From: an uncultured Nitrososphaeraceae archaeon
GTDB lineage: Archaea > Thermoproteota > Nitrososphaeria > Nitrososphaerales > Nitrososphaeraceae
Length of the DNA: 26,894 nt
Direction: 5' to 3'
Assembly (NCBI GenBank): GCA_963765895.1
Contig: CAVXZB010000086.1
Span: 1-26,894, forward strand
Position 1 is the first letter of the stretch; each line of letters begins with the position of its first letter. A program made the position numbers and the translations under genes. The notes below the pieces were generated by a model. The model was not told where the DNA came from, did no database searches, and was given only the letters and a program-made list of their open reading frames with translations. Positions 1 to 12,691 of this stretch are shown here, in pieces.

Positions 1-238
1 AATTGATGCAAATATATTCTACCAATTCTTGTCACTATGGTTCATTCATATTCTGTAGGACTTCATTGATTATCTGCCCTTTGTTTGATTGGATTTAGTC
101 CTTTTATTGATTTTGGTTCCTGTTTCAGTCTATCCTGTTTGTATGAAAACTCTGCAAAGATTTGCTTACTAATCATATATGACTCATACTAAAATATTAG
201 AACAATAATCTTGAATATACATAGGGTAGTAAAATGAA

Positions 239-855
239 ATGAAAGAATATTTTATTGCATGGTGGAATATTGAAAATTTGTTTGATGTAGAAAACTCTCC
301 AGATAGAATGACAAATTACAAAGAATAAAAGATGAATTAGAGGGATGGACTGAAGATAGACTCGACGAACTTTCAAAAATTTATTTCCAAAATGAATAAT
401 AATACTGACCTGAATTCTTGGTATTTGTGAGATTGAAAATATACCTGTAGTTGAGAAACTGGTCAGTAGTTTAGCAAGCTTGTTTAATCATGACTACAAA
501 ATTATTCATGCTGGTACTCAGGATGAGGAGGGATTGATTTGCTCTCATTTATGATGGTGAAAAGTTTGATATAAAAAAGAATCCACAAACTGGAAAGGAA
601 ATGGTTTTCTCACACTTTACCTTGTAAAGGGTAGCCACACATGATATCTTGCAAGTCAATTTTAAGACCAAAAACATCTAGAAATAGACTATATTAATTG
701 GAAATCATTAGCCTTCACGAAGAGAAGGTCAGTATGAATCAGAGTCATATAGAATAGTTGCAGGTGAAACTTTAAGTTATTTCCATCAACGTATACTAGA
801 GGAAAATCAAGACGAAAATGATAAGACAGCAATTTTAGTTATACTGAACTGCTAA
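239..855 (+). pseudogene. Endonuclease/exonuclease/phosphatase (EEP) family protein, degraded
   Basis: Manual translation across frames gives MKEYFIAWWNIENLFDVENSPDR, then ILGICEIEN, DYKIIHAGTQD and [24 protein letters not shown]. These match the WNxENLFD, CEIEN and HWPSR motifs. Several frameshifts, and TAG replaces the Trp codon. Confidence 0.75.
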
Positions 856-997
856 GCTTGGCAGCAATAGTAGCCACTCTATTATTGCAATCACTTCATG
901 CTATAAGGATTATTTATATTGTATAATACTTGTTGAATGTGTACATTTATGTATGTGCATAATAGAATCTTTAGTCCGAGATTCAGATGAGATTAGA

Positions 998-2244
998 ATG
1001 GACACCAAAGTAACTCTATTTTGTTGGTTGTCTAAAGATGGCAAACTTCTTTTAGCTGCAGAACTCTAAGAACATTTGCATATGGTTTTCTAAGTGTAAT
1101 TCTTGCAATCTATCTAAAATTAGTCGGTATTGAAGATTTTTATATTGGCCTAATACTGACTGCTACTTTAATAAATAGTGTAATCTTTACTCTAATAACA
1201 AGTTTTTATGCAGATAGAATAGGTAGAAGAAAAATTCTGATCTTATATGCAGCTCTGATGTCCTTATCTGGAGTAATATTTTTTGTAACAACTAATTATA
1301 TAGCTTTAATTGCATCTGCCTTAATAGGTACAATTAATGTAACTGGAACTGAGACTGGTGCTTTCCTTTCAATAGAACAAGCAGTGTTACCTCAGACGAT
1401 TAATGATGTAAAGAAAAGGAATACAGTTTACGCCCTTTACAATATGGTTGGAACCTTTGCAATGTCTGCAGGTGTTCTACTTTCTGGTCTACCACAGATC
1501 ATTGCACAACAGTATGGATTAAACCAAATTGAATCTATTAGACCACTTTTTCTACTTTATAGCATCATTGGACTTGCGACATTAGGCATTTACTATTTGA
1601 TTTCGAATAAAGTGGAGGTCCAGGTGAATGATGATAACCTATCTAAACCACTCAAACAGACACTATCACCAAAATCAAAGCAAATCGTTGGTAAACTATC
1701 CTCTCTCTTCGCTCTAGATTCTTTTGCGGGTGGTTTTGTTATTCAAAGTATAGTTTCGTTATGGTTTTTTACAAAATTTGGAGTTGAATTAACAACACTA
1801 TCTTATATTTTCTCCATAGCTGGAGTTCTTACTGCGTTCTCGTTCCTTGCAGCTGCAAAAATTGCTAATAGAATAGGATTGATTAATACAATGGTGTTTA
1901 CACATATTCCATCCAATATTTTGCTTATACTCGTTGCGTTTGCTCCTACTTTTCCACTAGCAGTCGCATTCTACCTTGCGAGAATGACTCTGTCACAAAT
2001 GGACGTGCCTACAAGACAATCATATCTGGTTGCAGTAGTTGGGGAGGATGAACGAACTGCAGGCACAGGGATCACCAATATTTCAAGAAATATAACACAA
2101 GCAGTATCTCCATCATTAGCCGGCTATATATTGCATTCACTATCACTCTTATCAGCCCCATTTATATTAGGAGGAGTATTAAAAATTGTATATGATGTTA
2201 TTTTGTATTTTAATTTTAAGAGTATAAAACCCTCAGATGAATGA
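998..2244 (+). pseudogene. MFS transporter with a 1-nt frameshift near 1060 (ORF track shows only 1258..2244)
   Basis: ATG998 gives MDTKVTLFCWLSKDGKLLLAA then a stop. The 1258 frame is open upstream as RTLRTFAYGFLSVILAIYLK...ADRIGRRK (MFS motif A). One extra A at gca^aga joins them. The C-terminal half has many TM segments and MDVPTRQSY. A sequencing error cannot be excluded. Confidence 0.8.
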
Positions 2245-2260
2245 ATGAATGAATGAATGA
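2237..2260 (+). repeat. (ATGA)6 tetranucleotide microsatellite overlapping the MFS stop codon
   Basis: Six perfect ATGA units read directly. Confidence 0.95.
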
Positions 2261-2537
2261 AACTTTGACACCAATTATCACATCTTGAGAGTGCTAGTTG
2301 GTCCTAGCAGACAGATTTTCATTCATATTTTGATTATTATTGCCAAATGCATAATTCTAAACACCTAAAAAGATTATTGCATGCATCTGATTCATAGGAT
2401 AACACATTATCGTCGCAGTAAACATTGTAGATAACAGGTTTGATGGCGTTGAATAAATATATGACCAATCCTATTCTAAGCGATAATCTACAACCAGAAG
2501 TTCATACACATAAGTACCGATATTTCCATAACAGGCT

Positions 2538-2790
2538 TTATTTAGAAATATGCAGAGTTAGTGGTAAACTAAACCCAAACTCCTATCTTATTAGAATTGT
2601 TTTCAGCCAAAATTTTTCCTCCATGTCCTTCAATAATGCTTCTGGAGATAAACAAGCCTAGGCCTATTCCGTGAAAGGATTTTGATGTAAATTTATCAAT
2701 CAATCTTGGTAAAATCCCTGGGTCTATTCCAGTTTCAGTATCCCTTACAGTAACTATTGCAAGATCGCCATACTCCTGCAAAAGGTCCAA
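2538..2790 (-). pseudogene. Sensor histidine kinase HATPase_c C-terminal remnant
   Basis: IVTVRDTETGIDPGILPRLIDKFTSKSFHGIGLGLFISRSIIEGHGGKILAENN contains degenerate G1, F and G2 boxes. A shifted frame continues FGFSLPL. No N-box or HisKA domain upstream. Confidence 0.85.
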
Positions 2791-3398
2791 ATATTGATCT
2801 ACTAGTAGACCATTAATTGTATCTCAACAATTTCTAAAGTAATACATTGCAATAGCGGCCATAGCTGAACCCGAGGTGAGGTGCGGAACCTCTTGATGAT
2901 AACCTCTTAAGTCACATCTAATCTCTGGTAAACCAGATTAATTGCACGGTCTACCTGGACGTCATAATGATGGAGAGAGGCGAGTATCTAATTATCGATT
3001 AATTCATCCCAAGGCGGCCAATCGAGAAATCGTTGATGTTTGAGTAATGGCGATAGTAAAGCATCAGGTGGGGTATGAAGTACTTTTGTTGTACACTATC
3101 ACTAAAAGTATATCACACGGTCTGCCAGTAAAACGACATTAAATGGAATTTTGTAAAACTTGTGGCCTTGAACTTGGTAGACCTACTTTGCGGCTACACT
3201 CGACAATCAATTTAAGGATGATAAAAACCCATAGTTTGCCGGTAAAATAAAGTAATTTCTACCCAAGTATTGATAGATCCACAATAGATTCTCATTATAT
3301 ACATCAAGTAGATGATTGTTATCATATTGAATCAGTCTGGATAATTCGTGGGTTCACTCTAATCATGAAATAGTATGTATTGCAAAGTGTTATTGCGG

Positions 3399-4245
<847 letters not shown>

Positions 4246-4764
4246 GAAATCGATGTCACCCATCCTAGAGACTACTATTGCGCTCATTTCAGAAAACTGT
4301 TTTCTAATACAATTATGAAATACATTACACTAAAATCATTTCTCAATTAAGATTAAATGTATAGACTAATGTCTTATGTGTTCGTAGAAATCAGATATGA
4401 AATATGTGATGCCACTTTTTAATTTTACCTAAGGTAAAATACATGTTATTGAGCATAATCAAAATACGGTGGACAAAGTAATCATAATGTTGCAGAGATT
4501 TTGTCAGCGTAGAAAGCAATTGAAACCTACTTATATATTTTTGATCTCTTACGATACACTCATAGCAGTCATAAAATGTATGAGGTTTGTATTTGATATT
4601 TATTACATACCAAGTATATCTTCGATACGAGAACTATGTTGACTAACATTACTACCACCGGTATTAGTTCCAATAAGACTACCAAATAGTGATTATATAC
4701 ATTTCGATCTATGTCCACTTGTTCATTTAGTAAATTTACTACGCATCGAGTATATTGCGTAGCT

Positions 4765-5050
4765 CGAGCCAAATCTTGTATGCCTGCACCACAATTAAAC
4801 TGATCATTTCCTGGACCTCCAGTAAGTACATCCTTACTATTACTCCTAAATAATTGGTCGTTGCCGGGCCCCTCGAATCATATCATTTCCTGCGTTGCCA
4901 TGCAGTTTATCCTTCCTGAACTTAATACGATCATCTTCATATCCACAAGATCATCTCCATTATATCATTTGTTCTATTATTTCCACCATTGCCTTTAATG
5001 AGGTCTGTTGCTGAACATCCTATCGGAATGTCATCTCCATTTGTACCCCA
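4765..5050 (-). pseudogene. Hemolysin-type (RTX) Ca-binding repeat protein remnant
   Basis: Reverse-strand fragments GTNGDDI, IKGNGGNN, LHGNAGNDMI, GPGNDQL and LTGGPGNDQFNCGAG are GGxGxD-type nonapeptides spread over shifted frames. Confidence 0.75.
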
Positions 5051-5520
5051 TTATAAGCCTGCCATTTCTGCTGTTGGGAACACATGTGATATTTGGTGGC
5101 GGCGAATAGGCTATTACTTGCCATGTAAATGAGACAGAAGGTCCTTGAAGTGCTAGACCACATGTTACCCTAAGCCGTACTATGTACTTGCCTACAACTA
5201 AATTACAGTTATAGGCCGAGGATATGATTAAAGCAGCAATCTCCGCAAGTTCTTACATTCTCTCATTCATGTTCTTCAATATTACTCCATGCCGGAACTG
5301 CTTATTCTGTGGTCTGTCGAGTAACCTAGATTGTTGCTTTTCTATTGCTAGACAACTAACTCTTTTTCTTGAGGTCTTTGAATATCAGATCTTTAAATGT
5401 CACATCTTGTATGACTGTATTGTCGGCTTTAGCTCTACTGCAGATGCTAGCGTACATGTATTCTTCTAGATATTTATTATGTATGCTATTCAATTTGATC
5501 TTTTGTTTAATGCATTTTCC

Positions 5521-5542
5521 TACATACATACATACATACATA
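5521..5542 (+). repeat. (TACA)5 microsatellite just downstream of the response regulator stop
   Basis: TACA x5 plus TA read directly. Confidence 0.9.
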
Positions 5543-5545
5543 TTG

Positions 5546-5917
5546 TTATAATCTTAGAAACTGTTCTATCTGTTTAGTCATTTTAGGAATTGATATTGGT
5601 TTTGATATAAAGAGAAATTTATCCTGAGAGTCTTTGAATACGTTCTTATAATTAGAAGCAAACTCTTCAGATGCTGTGAAAAAACAAACTTTGATTTTAT
5701 CATCTTCTTTTTTGATCTTGTCTAGGAGGTCTAGACCATTCATCTTAGGCATTTTAATGTCTAAAATTAATAACTGATATGTTCCCCTTTTGAAATTCTG
5801 CAGTGCTAATATTGGATCTATATAACTGTCAACTTCAAACCCTTTGCGTTCTAATCCTACTTTGACCAGATATACTATATCAAGTTCATCATCTACAAGC
5901 AATACTCTTCTTGCCAT
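5546..5917 (-). CDS. Stand-alone response regulator receiver domain protein
   Basis: VLLVDDE acidic pocket, LDIKMPKMNG phospho-acceptor Asp, FFTA and KP; 123 aa with no output domain. Confidence 0.93.
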   Translation of the reverse strand: MARRVLLVDDELDIVYLVKVGLERKGFEVDSYIDPILALQNFKRGTYQLLILDIKMPKMNGLDLLDKIKKEDDKIKVCFFTASEEFASNYKNVFKDSQDKFLFISKPISIPKMTKQIEQFLRL

Positions 5918-6650
5918 GGCTAATTTCAGTCATTCATCGCCAGATGTTTAAAATGTGATTAGCATAAGTAATAAGCATTGTAAATTAATATTTACAAGAC
6001 TTTTGTTAACCAAAACTACTATTCCATATATGTGAATTCAGTGTTTGTTTAGAGTACAGATCAAATAAAGGATCACAGCCAACCGTGTTAGTACCAATAA
6101 TTGTTGTTAGATTCAGCAGCAAAGAAATAGGCACCTGAAGGAGTATTGTATTGTACTGTATATTTTCAGATGAGTAATATCAATTGTGCTGAACATCGTA
6201 AGATATTCTGAAGGTTCGATCATAAAATGCAACTCAGTCTTATAAATGTCAGTCAGGAATCTTTTAATTGTTATTGTTAATTCTTTCGATCATTCTTACC
6301 AATATCGTTAGTATGTGTAATATGTCTTAATAATTTAAACCATAATAGATAGACTAATTATCATACTAAAATGAACCTTTGAGAGCAGACATGAATGATA
6401 ATAAGTTAGTTCAGCACCCGATCTTATCACTATTCAGATTGGTACTATTACTAATATAGTAGTAAAAAATTTCCTAAGCGAGGCTTAAAATAATTAAATC
6501 AATCTGTTGGTCATAATAATTGTCAATTGAAGTGTTTAGGGACTTGCGTTTACGATAAAAAAATAAATCATAAATGAAAACTGATTTGTAACGTTTAGTA
6601 TGAGTTCCAGAAACAATAATAACATATTATAGAATGAAGCAAATAATAAA

Positions 6651-7269
6651 ATGATAGTTGGAATACTTATCTTTGATCAAGTCGAAGTCTTAGACGTTGC
6701 AGGACCATTTGAAGTATTTTCTATAACGCGTTTGAATGAAAATCGCCAACATGAAGAATCCTCGCCCTTTAAGGTACTTCTCGTTTCAGAAAATTTACAT
6801 CAGATCACTGCAGTCGGCGGACTTATATTTACGCCTAGTACGACGATCCACAACTGCCCAGATCTAGATTTGCTAATTATTCCTGGCGGTTGGGGTACGC
6901 GCAAGGAAATAAGTAATAAAATGATACTTGGATGGATTGCAGATCGAGCAACTAAGGCTAGGTTGACGGCATCAGTATGCACTGGTTCTAGTCTTCTTGG
7001 AAGAGCTGGTTTATTAAACGGACGAGAAGCAACTACTCATTGGCAGGCCTTTGATTTTCTTCGTACGTCAGCTCCAGAAGTCAAAATACGGGAAGATGTC
7101 CGATTTACAACTGTCGAACCAATCTTTACTTCCGCCGGTATTTCTTCCGGCATAGACTTAGCGCTAAGAATCGTCAGCTATTTTCTAGGTATCGAGGTTG
7201 GGAAGGCAAGCAGCTAAATACATGGAATATCCCTATCCAGAAAGCGATCAGCGAATAATTACTAGATAA
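6651..7269 (+). CDS. DJ-1/PfpI family protein (ThiJ/InhA-like); C-terminus frameshifted at G-run 7200-7202
   Basis: VEVLDVAGPFEVF, IPGGWG, SVCTG (catalytic Cys), ATTHW and TSAGISSGID. The ORF stops at 7217, but the +1 frame gives the typical tail GRQAAKYMEYPYPESDQRIITR* ending at 7269. Confidence 0.88.
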
Positions 7270-7323
7270 ACACATAAAAGCTTCTAGACAAGATAGGAAA
7301 GATAGAAACAATGAAAAGTTTAT

Positions 7324-7794
7324 TCAATATCCTACTGCAACTAAGTGCTGTCCACATCCTGCCCATAATTTTAATGTGATATTCCTTCTATCTATTGCGC
7401 TAGGAACATCATATAACATGCGCTTCACAGTGTCCTGATCTTGTTCTAGATCTCTAGTAAATTCATCTTTTAATTCTGGATTAATAAGAAAAGTAGGAAA
7501 AAATCTACCTCTAGGTGTATTTCTGACAATCGATAGCTTACTGTTTACTATTTGAACAAGATCAGCATTTTTCAAAGCATCAAATTTTAGAGAATTGCCA
7601 GATTCTCTAAAATTTTCGTAGTCCATAGTCCAACCGTAAATAGTGTCCATAGTGAGATCCGTGCCTTGTGTAGGTTCAGGAGTTAGTTTGTGAACACAGA
7701 CATCGCAGAGGGACACATTCAGGTCATGGGCCATGAATATGTACTTAGATTTTTGAAAAGTAGAATGATGAAATCCTGGCTGACATAAAGCCAT
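7324..7794 (-). CDS. Hypothetical protein
   Basis: 156-aa ORF with globular, protein-like composition; no family recognised. Confidence 0.45.
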   Translation of the reverse strand: MALCQPGFHHSTFQKSKYIFMAHDLNVSLCDVCVHKLTPEPTQGTDLTMDTIYGWTMDYENFRESGNSLKFDALKNADLVQIVNSKLSIVRNTPRGRFFPTFLINPELKDEFTRDLEQDQDTVKRMLYDVPSAIDRRNITLKLWAGCGQHLVAVGY

Positions 7795-8382
7795 TCTTTG
7801 CTTTCATCTCGATCGCATATAATTTTATAGGTCCTTAATTTTTATTGCAGATTGTGCGGTTTTTCCAAGATGAAATGGAATAGATGCATTTTATGCAACA
7901 AAAATAGATAATTCAAACATATACAGCTTTTTGTCAGGTATGTTGATGTCAATAACTTAATTCATAGTAACTGCACGATCAGTTTGTATATATATCATAA
8001 TTACTAAATTGGAGAACCATTTTTTTAACTGTATTTGTATTTATACTAGATACAATATCTGCATAAGAATGTGAATATGAAACTATTGCTGATTTGACCG
8101 AGTGCAAAAAAAATCTGATAAATCGTAATTCCTGTCTTTTCCTCCGATAGGTTCTTCCTGGAATACTTGACACCATGACAATATTTAGACTATTGTCGCC
8201 ATTTAATAAATTAATGACATAGAGTATTGAAGAAAAGTACATCTAACAAAGAACAAAAAATAATTAAATCATGATGCCTTTAATTTAACAGGTAGCGAAG
8301 GAACTAAAAATAATTCAAATAATGATTATTTATCTAAATCTTAAAGATTTCTTGATCCATTGCTGATTCATTGGTTGTGCTA

Positions 8383-8416
8383 ACTACAATAATTTGGAAT
8401 TCCTAATTATTGTAGT
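8383..8416. repeat. 34-bp near-perfect palindrome
   Basis: ACTACAATAATT-T-GGAATTCC-T-AATTATTGTAGT; 16 of 17 symmetric pairs are complementary. Confidence 0.9.
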
Positions 8417-8940
8417 CTGAGTATTGAATTCCCAATTTCAATTACCAGAACAATGTCAGATCATTATCTTTTTTATGATTGCCGTGTCATATGTAAAAGG
8501 TGTACGTCTCATACTATAACTCAAGAAGCGTGAAGCATAAAAATCTCTGATGGAAAGAAAAATAATATACCAAAATTAAAAGATCTACTCGTTGTATTTT
8601 ATTTTATTTTCTGCTTAAGAGACTACAGTATTGTGATGTGGGTCGGTGGCAATATGTTATTGGATGTTAAAGACGCTACTATAGTGGTTAGGAAGGAAGG
8701 AAAATAGCAGACAGATTATATCATTACCTTCATAGAAATTATTTTGTTGCCTTCCCAGACGTATAATAAACTTCTATCCTTGGAAGGAAGGTTGTAAACC
8801 AGTAATCTAACGAATCCAATAGCAGTAAGAAGGACTTAATGCTATCGAAATGAAGGTTATAGAGCGAAATGGTAGTTAGGTAACGAAGCCGTCAAATTCA
8901 AGTATAGGTTATATACGAGCGCATTTTAGTAAGAATCAAC

Positions 8941-11182
8941 ATGTCTATAGATGGAAATGAGACATCAATTTCAAAAATCAGAAAAACAACAATCAAATTT
9001 TAAGCAGATCGTCTCAGAAGGCTCACTTGTTATTTTGGATGCACGTGATCTCATAAAAGATATAGCTAGTGCCAATTCTATAAAGAGTTGCTCATGGAAT
9101 CAAGTTAGAGGTACATATCTTAACGCTGATGATAGTACTAAGGATAATAAATCTATTCTTTCATTTACTGCCCCTACGTTAAAGGCGATGAACTCAATAC
9201 TACCCTAGGTTTTGAATTAACTATTACAGATAAAGAGAATAATAAAAGTCATCCTTATAATGCAAATGTAATTGTCAAGAGGGTACAAAGAGCAATAATA
9301 TTTCAAGGGTGAGCTGCACTTGGAGCATATGAAGCTGGAGTGTATCAGGCTTTAGTTGAAAAGCGAATTAAGTATGATGAAGACGGAACAAGAGAAGGCC
9401 TACATACAGAAAAAAGACCTCTGTTCGATATCGTTGCTGGTACATCTATTGATGGGATGAATGCTGCAATTGTAGTAAGTAGTGTTACAAGGAAAGATGG
9501 TAAGAAGATAGAAGATCCTGTAACCTGGCAGGAGTCAGCTAAAAGTATTGTAGACTTTTGGAAGACTCAACAACAGTTTCCTACCTATGCTGATTTCCTT
9601 GATATCGTTCCATTTTACCATTACTGGTTGGATATTTTACATGATACAAGCAAAGTATTCAAACGATCATTTACTGAGTTAATAGAATTCTATTCGAATA
9701 TTATTAATTCAGATCTTAAGAAATGGTATGAAGGCACAGTAGCAAATTGGGCTATCTCTGAGCCTAGCTTTTTGAAAGATTATTTTATAGATGGGTGGTA
9801 TATTCCAGCTACGGCTGAAGCCACAAGGAGATATTATTCTGCCAAGCATTTTAAGAGATTTGGAGCATTAAACGTGGCGTCAGGAATCGTACCATGGTCA
9901 ATATTTGGCAAATTCTTTGACTTCTCTGACCACTTAAATTCCATGCCAAGAGCTGATAATAAACACTTTGCCCTTTATTCCCTTAAAAGAACATTAGAAC
10001 ACTTTGCCGATTTTCCAATTAAAACAGAAGAGGGCGAACCTAGATTTCTTCTAGTAACGGTAGATGTACAAACAGGCGAGGCTGTTACGTTTGATAGCTA
10101 TACTAAGCAAGCGAAATACCATGATGATAAAAAATATAGACAATGAAAGATGTATAGAAATCGAACATGCACTTGCAACTGGAACTTTCCCAGGCTTTTT
10201 CGACTATCCAAAATTCAAAGTCAATATTACTGAAATGGGTATAGGAAATGAGGAGCACATCTTTTGGGACGGCGGGTTTAGAAGCAATACTCCGTTAAGG
10301 GAAGTGATACAAGCTCATAGAGATTATTGGCATAAGATAAGAAAGCATACAAAAGAAGAAGAGAAGGATGAAGATAGACTTGAAAATGACGTACCAGACC
10401 TCGAGGTGTATATAGCAGATTTATGGCCTTCTGAACTTAAGGAACAACCACTTTCTTTTGATCATGACTTTGTAGAAAATAGAAAGTCAGGTATAATATT
10501 TGGTGATAGAACAGACTATGATGAACAGGTAGCAAATTTTGTGACTGATTATATTGATTTGGCTAAGCAATTAAAGAATCTAGCACAAAGAAGTGGGGTT
10601 TCCCAGGATGAGATAAATCATATATTGGATCGATATGCAACTAGTAAGAATACAATAGGACAAACCAGAAAATATGGCGAACTCCTAGGAGGGCGATTTA
10701 GATTAACGAAAGTTGTCAGAATAGATCATAAAGACGATGGTAATGACGTTGCCGACAAAGTATTCGACTATTCACAGAAGACCATAGAAAAGTTGATGGA
10801 AGACGGAAATCGGGACGCATTGATTCAGATGGATCTGCAGGCAGTGAAAGACGAGGTTATGAATTTAATCAAAATAAATCATCATATTACATCTGAAAAT
10901 GAAAGAAAGCAGGATCAGGATCGGCAGATAGAAGCTGTGCAACAGCAGCTTTATCAGATACAAGAAGCGATGAAAATTGGAAATGGATATAATATGGTAT
11001 TAAATGAACAGCTAAAGGACTTCGTTAACAAAGTGGAAGCTATAAGAGTAAATGAAAATGCGTATTCGCTAACGAATGAAAAGATATCATTAATTACTGC
11101 CTCAAAACAACTGCAAGGGACAATAATTACGAGCCTAACAATAAATCGTGGTGCATTTACCGGGCCCCAGCGAGCACTATAA
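8941..11182 (+). pseudogene. PKD/Ig-like domain + patatin-like phospholipase, disrupted
   Basis: N-terminal QIVSEGSLVILDA..SWNQ..LSFTAP..FELTITD is PKD-like. Patatin motifs: FQG*AALGAYEAG (TGA at 9310-9312 in the Gly-rich loop), GTSID (degenerate GxSxG) and WDGG..SNTPL. Frameshifts at C4 (9171-9174) and A6 (10129-10134). Helical C-terminal tail. Confidence 0.85.
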
Positions 11183-11400
11183 CGGCGATCCACTTAGAAA
11201 ATAGTAAGTCCTATTCTTTTGGTCAAGGACGATCATACTTACAAAATATAATAGAAAATAATTTTTATTGAGCTATTCTGAATTTAACCTTAAATTCTTG
11301 AAAGAAGAAAGTGGAGCAAAGTTTCCTAGTGATTTCATCTAATGAAATAATGAACCAATTTTAAAAGCAATTTTCACATAGTAAAGAAATAGCTCTAGCT

Positions 11401-11632
11401 ATGGCCGATTATAATGAGAATGAAATAGTCCGGAAAGAACTGGCGAGCCTAACCCAATTCAGTCGAATATATAGATGGATTAGTCTTTAGAGCTAGTGAA
11501 AACGGATTGTTTAATTCGTCAGCCAGTTTTGATCGTATAATGCAAAATCTTAAAGCGGCGCGCGACGGTCTTACAAGAGGTCCATCAGAATTTTCTACGG
11601 TTCATATGCATTTATCGATAGCAATGTATTAA
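11401..11632 (+). pseudogene. Possible degraded hypothetical gene
   Basis: ATG11401 MADYNENEIVRKELASLTQ, then a shifted frame EYIDGLVFRASENGLF...AARDGL. Protein-like, but no family recognised. Confidence 0.3.
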
Positions 11633-11646
11633 TACTAAACAAATAG

Positions 11647-11911
11647 AAACAATCAATTTACAAGCCTACTGATATATGGACTGAAGAAGATGATATTGTA
11701 TTTCTGATGTTGTCCTACTAAATGCAGGAAATACTACTATATACTATTTACACACGTCACCAGTTGCAGGCCTCATGAAATACTGGGATTAAGAATAAAA
11801 GACATCATATTCAAAACTGCAGGCAACCATCAGTACGGTAAAGCCTAGTCAATGGAAAAACAGGGGTCAAGGTCTATTTAATTGATTGATTCGATACCTT
11901 ATATCAAGTAA
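11647..11911 (+). pseudogene. Tyrosine recombinase/integrase catalytic-domain remnant
   Basis: KQSIYKPTDIWTEEDDIVFL / CPTK...TSCRPHEILGLRIKDIIFK / LVNGKTG.RSI.LIDSIPYIK. Contains the box I Arg (RxxE..L...D) and the KTG Lys, with multiple frameshifts. Confidence 0.8.
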
Positions 11912-12266
11912 ATCGTGCAAAATGTTCAAGTCAAACTGGCGCCTACGGAATGAAACAAAATATAGACTATATTGTACTTGATCGAATTCGTTTCCGTTTA
12001 TAGCAAAAATGATAAATTGGATAGAGAAACACCATACCTCAGAATGCGATCCGAGTTATCAGTGTTATTATCGATCTCAATAAAATTTTAAGAGATGTTT
12101 AACAATTTAGTAAATACAATTATGGCTATTATAGATCGAGTTTGATAAATCTTGAACATAATAGTTGCACCACAACTACAGACTTACTTGTTTTATCTTA
12201 TCTGTCTAGAAATCTGCAAAATGCTCTCGAGTTTTGAATATTGATTTATGTACTGCTGCATTTTGT

Positions 12267-12683
12267 CTATCTAGCATTCTCGTCAGACTCCCATATAGCG
12301 AAATTATTATTCTCTGTATCGATGCAAAGTGCAAAATAACCCATTTCTGGTACTGCATGTTTAGAAGCAACTACTTTACCTCCTAGCTTTTCCACTTTTG
12401 ATGAGTATTCATCGATCGACTCTACTCCTATGTAATTAGTTACTTGATGTCCTGGCATTTGTCTTTTCATCATTCCGCCACTTAATGCTTTATTTCCATT
12501 ATCATCTGTTGTAGCCATCATCCAATATTCAATAGTCTGACCTGTTGCTACTGATGTAAGCTGACTACTATTATCTTCTGTACCTGACCATTTTTCTATT
12601 TTCCATCCAAAGAGCTCATTATAAAATTTCTTTGCCCTTTCGATATCATCTGCAGGAATTTCAAAATGCACTATTGTTGGCAT
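12267..12683 (-). CDS. VOC family (glyoxalase/bleomycin resistance) protein
   Basis: IVHFEIPADDIERAKKFY..LFGW, GGMMKR, NYIGVESID, GGKVV and DTENNNFAIWE. Confidence 0.92.
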   Translation of the reverse strand: MPTIVHFEIPADDIERAKKFYNELFGWKIEKWSGTEDNSSQLTSVATGQTIEYWMMATTDDNGNKALSGGMMKRQMPGHQVTNYIGVESIDEYSSKVEKLGGKVVASKHAVPEMGYFALCIDTENNNFAIWESDENAR

Positions 12684-12691
12684 GTTATCAT

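Noticed and set aside
2860-3060. Minus-strand protein-like stretch (FLDWPPWDELID...) with internal stops
   Set aside because: Possibly a gene remnant, but no family could be recognised.
7979-8242. 87-aa minus-strand ORF
   Set aside because: No motif or expression signal; likely spurious or eroded.
9310-9312. In-frame TGA as selenocysteine or recoded stop
   Set aside because: It sits at a conserved Gly position (GGA to TGA) in a gene with other lesions, and TGA is used as a normal stop elsewhere in the window.
8941-11182. Patatin as a CBASS/anti-phage effector
   Set aside because: No CD-NTase or other defence gene nearby, and the gene is broken.
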